Below, piece after piece: positions 62,319 to 64,000 of a stretch of DNA of 64,000 nt. The translations under genes and the position numbers were made by a program. The stretch's first letter is position 1, and every line of letters begins with the position of its first letter. The notes beneath the pieces were generated by a model. The model made no database searches. It saw only the letters and a program-made list of their open reading frames with translations, and was not told where the DNA came from. Origin of the DNA: an uncultured Lachnospiraceae bacterium (lineage in GTDB: Bacteria; Bacillota; Clostridia; Lachnospirales; Lachnospiraceae); the NCBI GenBank assembly GCA_947172705.1, contig CAMWCA010000010.1, forward strand, positions 353 to 64,352, in the 5' to 3' direction.

Positions 62319-62365
62319 ATAGTTCCGTTTATCAGAATATTATTGGAAAAACAACTCAGTATTTG
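62319..62365. repeat. Inter-cassette unit, spacer family 1
   Basis: ATAGTTCCGTTTATCAGAATATTATTGGAAAAACAACTCAGTATTTG; spacer CAGAAT..TAT.G..AAAAACAA matches the other two copies. Confidence 0.8.
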
Positions 62366-62377
62366 GAGGAAATTTAT

Positions 62378-62479
62378 ATGGTTGATTTTATTGTTAATCT
62401 ATTTGCGGAGATCGCTGATTTTTTTATTACTTTTTGGGTAGACAATGTTATGGATAAGTTTGCCAAAAGGAATAAGTAA
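62378..62479 (+). CDS. 33-aa amphipathic microprotein
   Basis: GGAGG RBS, MVDFIVNLFAEIADFFITFWVDNVMDKFAKRNK; TAA overlaps core AAATTCTCGTTT. Confidence 0.6.
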   Translation: MVDFIVNLFAEIADFFITFWVDNVMDKFAKRNK

Positions 62480-62539
62480 ATTCTCGTTTATCAGGGATTA
62501 TGCTATAATTCAAAAAATGTTTAAGAAAGAAAAATTGAT

Positions 62540-63304
62540 ATGGCAGTATTAAAAAATCAAATACCAATATTAGAATTTGATACAGAACAAAGTGCGGTTA
62601 TAATGCCAGGACATCATTCCGATTATAATTTCCCACAGAAAGCCGTAATGCTTTTTATGGAGCCTGAAATAGATGATTTTGTAGCCTATAATAAATGTAA
62701 GGTCATCGGGAAATTTGTCAGTGTAACAAAAAATTTTTACGTCTATAAAACTCAAATCAATAATAAGGATATTGCGTTTGTGCAAGCGCCTCTTGGTGGA
62801 GCAGGTGCTGTACAGATTATGGAACAGCTAATTGCAGGAGGCGTGAAAGAAATAATAGCTGCAGGATGTTGCGGGGCTTTAGTTGAAGATACCGAGGGCT
62901 CATTTTTTGTTCCTGTTGCAGCACTCAGACAGGAAGGAACATCATATCATTATTTGCCGCCATCACGAGAAATCGAATTAGATTCTGCTCCAATTAAGGC
63001 AATATGCAGAGTACTGGAAAATGCGGGTTTAAGTTACAGAACCTGCAAAACATGGACAACAGATGGCTTTTACCGAGAAACAAAAGAAATGGTTTGTTAT
63101 CGAAAATCAGAAGGATATTCTGTTGTAGAAATGGAATGTGCATCTATGGCTGCATGTGCAAAAATGAGAGGCGTCTTATTTGGTCAAGTGCTTTTTACCG
63201 CAGATTCTTTGGCAGATGTTGATACGCATGATGAAAGAAATTGGGGAAATGATTTTTTTGCGGCAGCCATGAAAATTGCAATGGAAGCAATAACGGAGGT
63301 GTAA
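62540..63304 (+). CDS. Nucleoside phosphorylase-family (PNP/UDP) protein
   Basis: G.CG.L, R.EGTSYHY, WTTDGFYRET, VEME. Confidence 0.9.
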   Translation: MAVLKNQIPILEFDTEQSAVIMPGHHSDYNFPQKAVMLFMEPEIDDFVAYNKCKVIGKFVSVTKNFYVYKTQINNKDIAFVQAPLGGAGAVQIMEQLIAGGVKEIIAAGCCGALVEDTEGSFFVPVAALRQEGTSYHYLPPSREIELDSAPIKAICRVLENAGLSYRTCKTWTTDGFYRETKEMVCYRKSEGYSVVEMECASMAACAKMRGVLFGQVLFTADSLADVDTHDERNWGNDFFAAAMKIAMEAITEV

Positions 63305-63306
63305 AC

Positions 63307-64000
63307 ATGAGAACAGAAAATGAAATGTACAATCTTATTTTAGAGATTGCAAAAAATGATGCCAGGATTAAAGCTGTTTACATGAACGGCTCAAGAACGA
63401 ATGAAAATGTTCCAAAAGATATTTTTCAGGATTACGATATTGTTTATGTGGCAGATGATACGAAAAGTTTTATAGAGGATAAAGATTGGATTAAACTTTT
63501 CGGTGAAATTCTTTATATGCAGTATCCTGATGAAAACCCATATTATCCAAGTGATAAGGAAAATTCGTATGGATGGCTCATGCAATTTGCAGATGGAACC
63601 AGAATTGATTTAACTGTACAGTCAATAAATTATGCATTGAATCACATCCAAGACGATAAACTTTGTAAGATTTTATTGGATAAGGAAAACATATTACCCG
63701 AAATCGCAGCAGCGACAGATTGCCAGTATTGGGTTGAAAAGCCTACAAAAGAACAATATTGGGCAGTTTGCAATAACTTTTGGTGGTGTACCAATAATAT
63801 AGCAAAGGGCTTATGGCGGAAGGAGATTCTTTATGTACAGGATATGACAAATCATGTCGTAAGAGGTCAGCTTATTACTATGTTGAATTGGAAAGTTGGT
63901 ATCTTAACAGAATGGTCAGTAAGCACCGGCAAATCATCAAAATACTTATATAAGTGGATTTCAGAGAAAGAATGGAAGATGCTTTTATCGACCTATTTTG
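63307..64000 (+). CDS. Aminoglycoside 6-adenylyltransferase family protein (AadE/AadK-like), truncated by the window end
   Basis: MRTENEMYNLIL.IAK.D.RIKAVYMNGSR.N...PKD.FQDYDIVY, LMQF.DG.RIDL, N.FWW....IAKGLWR. Confidence 0.88.
   Translation, partial: MRTENEMYNLILEIAKNDARIKAVYMNGSRTNENVPKDIFQDYDIVYVADDTKSFIEDKDWIKLFGEILYMQYPDENPYYPSDKENSYGWLMQFADGTRIDLTVQSINYALNHIQDDKLCKILLDKENILPEIAAATDCQYWVEKPTKEQYWAVCNNFWWCTNNIAKGLWRKEILYVQDMTNHVVRGQLITMLNWKVGILTEWSVSTGKSSKYLYKWISEKEWKMLLSTYF

Larger units (their letters stand above)
53376..64000 (+). mobile_element. Putative integron-like gene-cassette array (runs off the window end)
   Basis: About 15 short unrelated co-oriented genes, AT-rich, separated by recurring 12-bp cores and 44-49 bp inverted-repeat units. 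Confidence 0.65.

Noticed and set aside
53376..64000. CRISPR array or classical attC sites
   Set aside because: Repeats are degenerate and separated by whole genes; no RYYYAAC...GTTRRRY ends, cas gene or intI seen.

Overview
Firmicute (Lachnospiraceae-like, judged from gene content) chromosomal window. 0.7-25.4 kb: cobO, a stand-alone MetH reactivation domain, MATE/LysR, then a cobalamin-riboswitch-controlled operon for metal/corrinoid uptake and anaerobic B12 synthesis (cbiK lipoprotein, NEAT-like lipoprotein, ABC transporter, cbiP, cobT/U/S/C, cbiB, cobD, cbiC/D/F/G/H, cbiJ-E-T fusion, cbiA). 25.5-27.3 kb: small AT-rich island with a HipA-like kinase. 27.3-52 kb: housekeeping genes (trehalose PTS, UDG, hemerythrin-receiver protein and MCP, udp-deoC-cdd-deoB, ECF sigma/ABC, hybrid kinase, rsmF, nrdD fused to a redoxin domain, pyrF). 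From 52.1 kb to the window end is the most interesting part: an AT-rich run of short, unrelated, co-oriented genes. They are separated by a recurring 12-bp core (AAATTCYAGTTT and its inverse AAA[TC/CT]GGAATTT), often paired as a 44-49 bp inverted-repeat unit placed between a stop codon and the next RBS. This resembles an integron-like gene-cassette array with a non-attC recombination site. No recombinase is visible in the window, so mobility is inferred, not shown. All protein calls are from motif recognition, not database searches.
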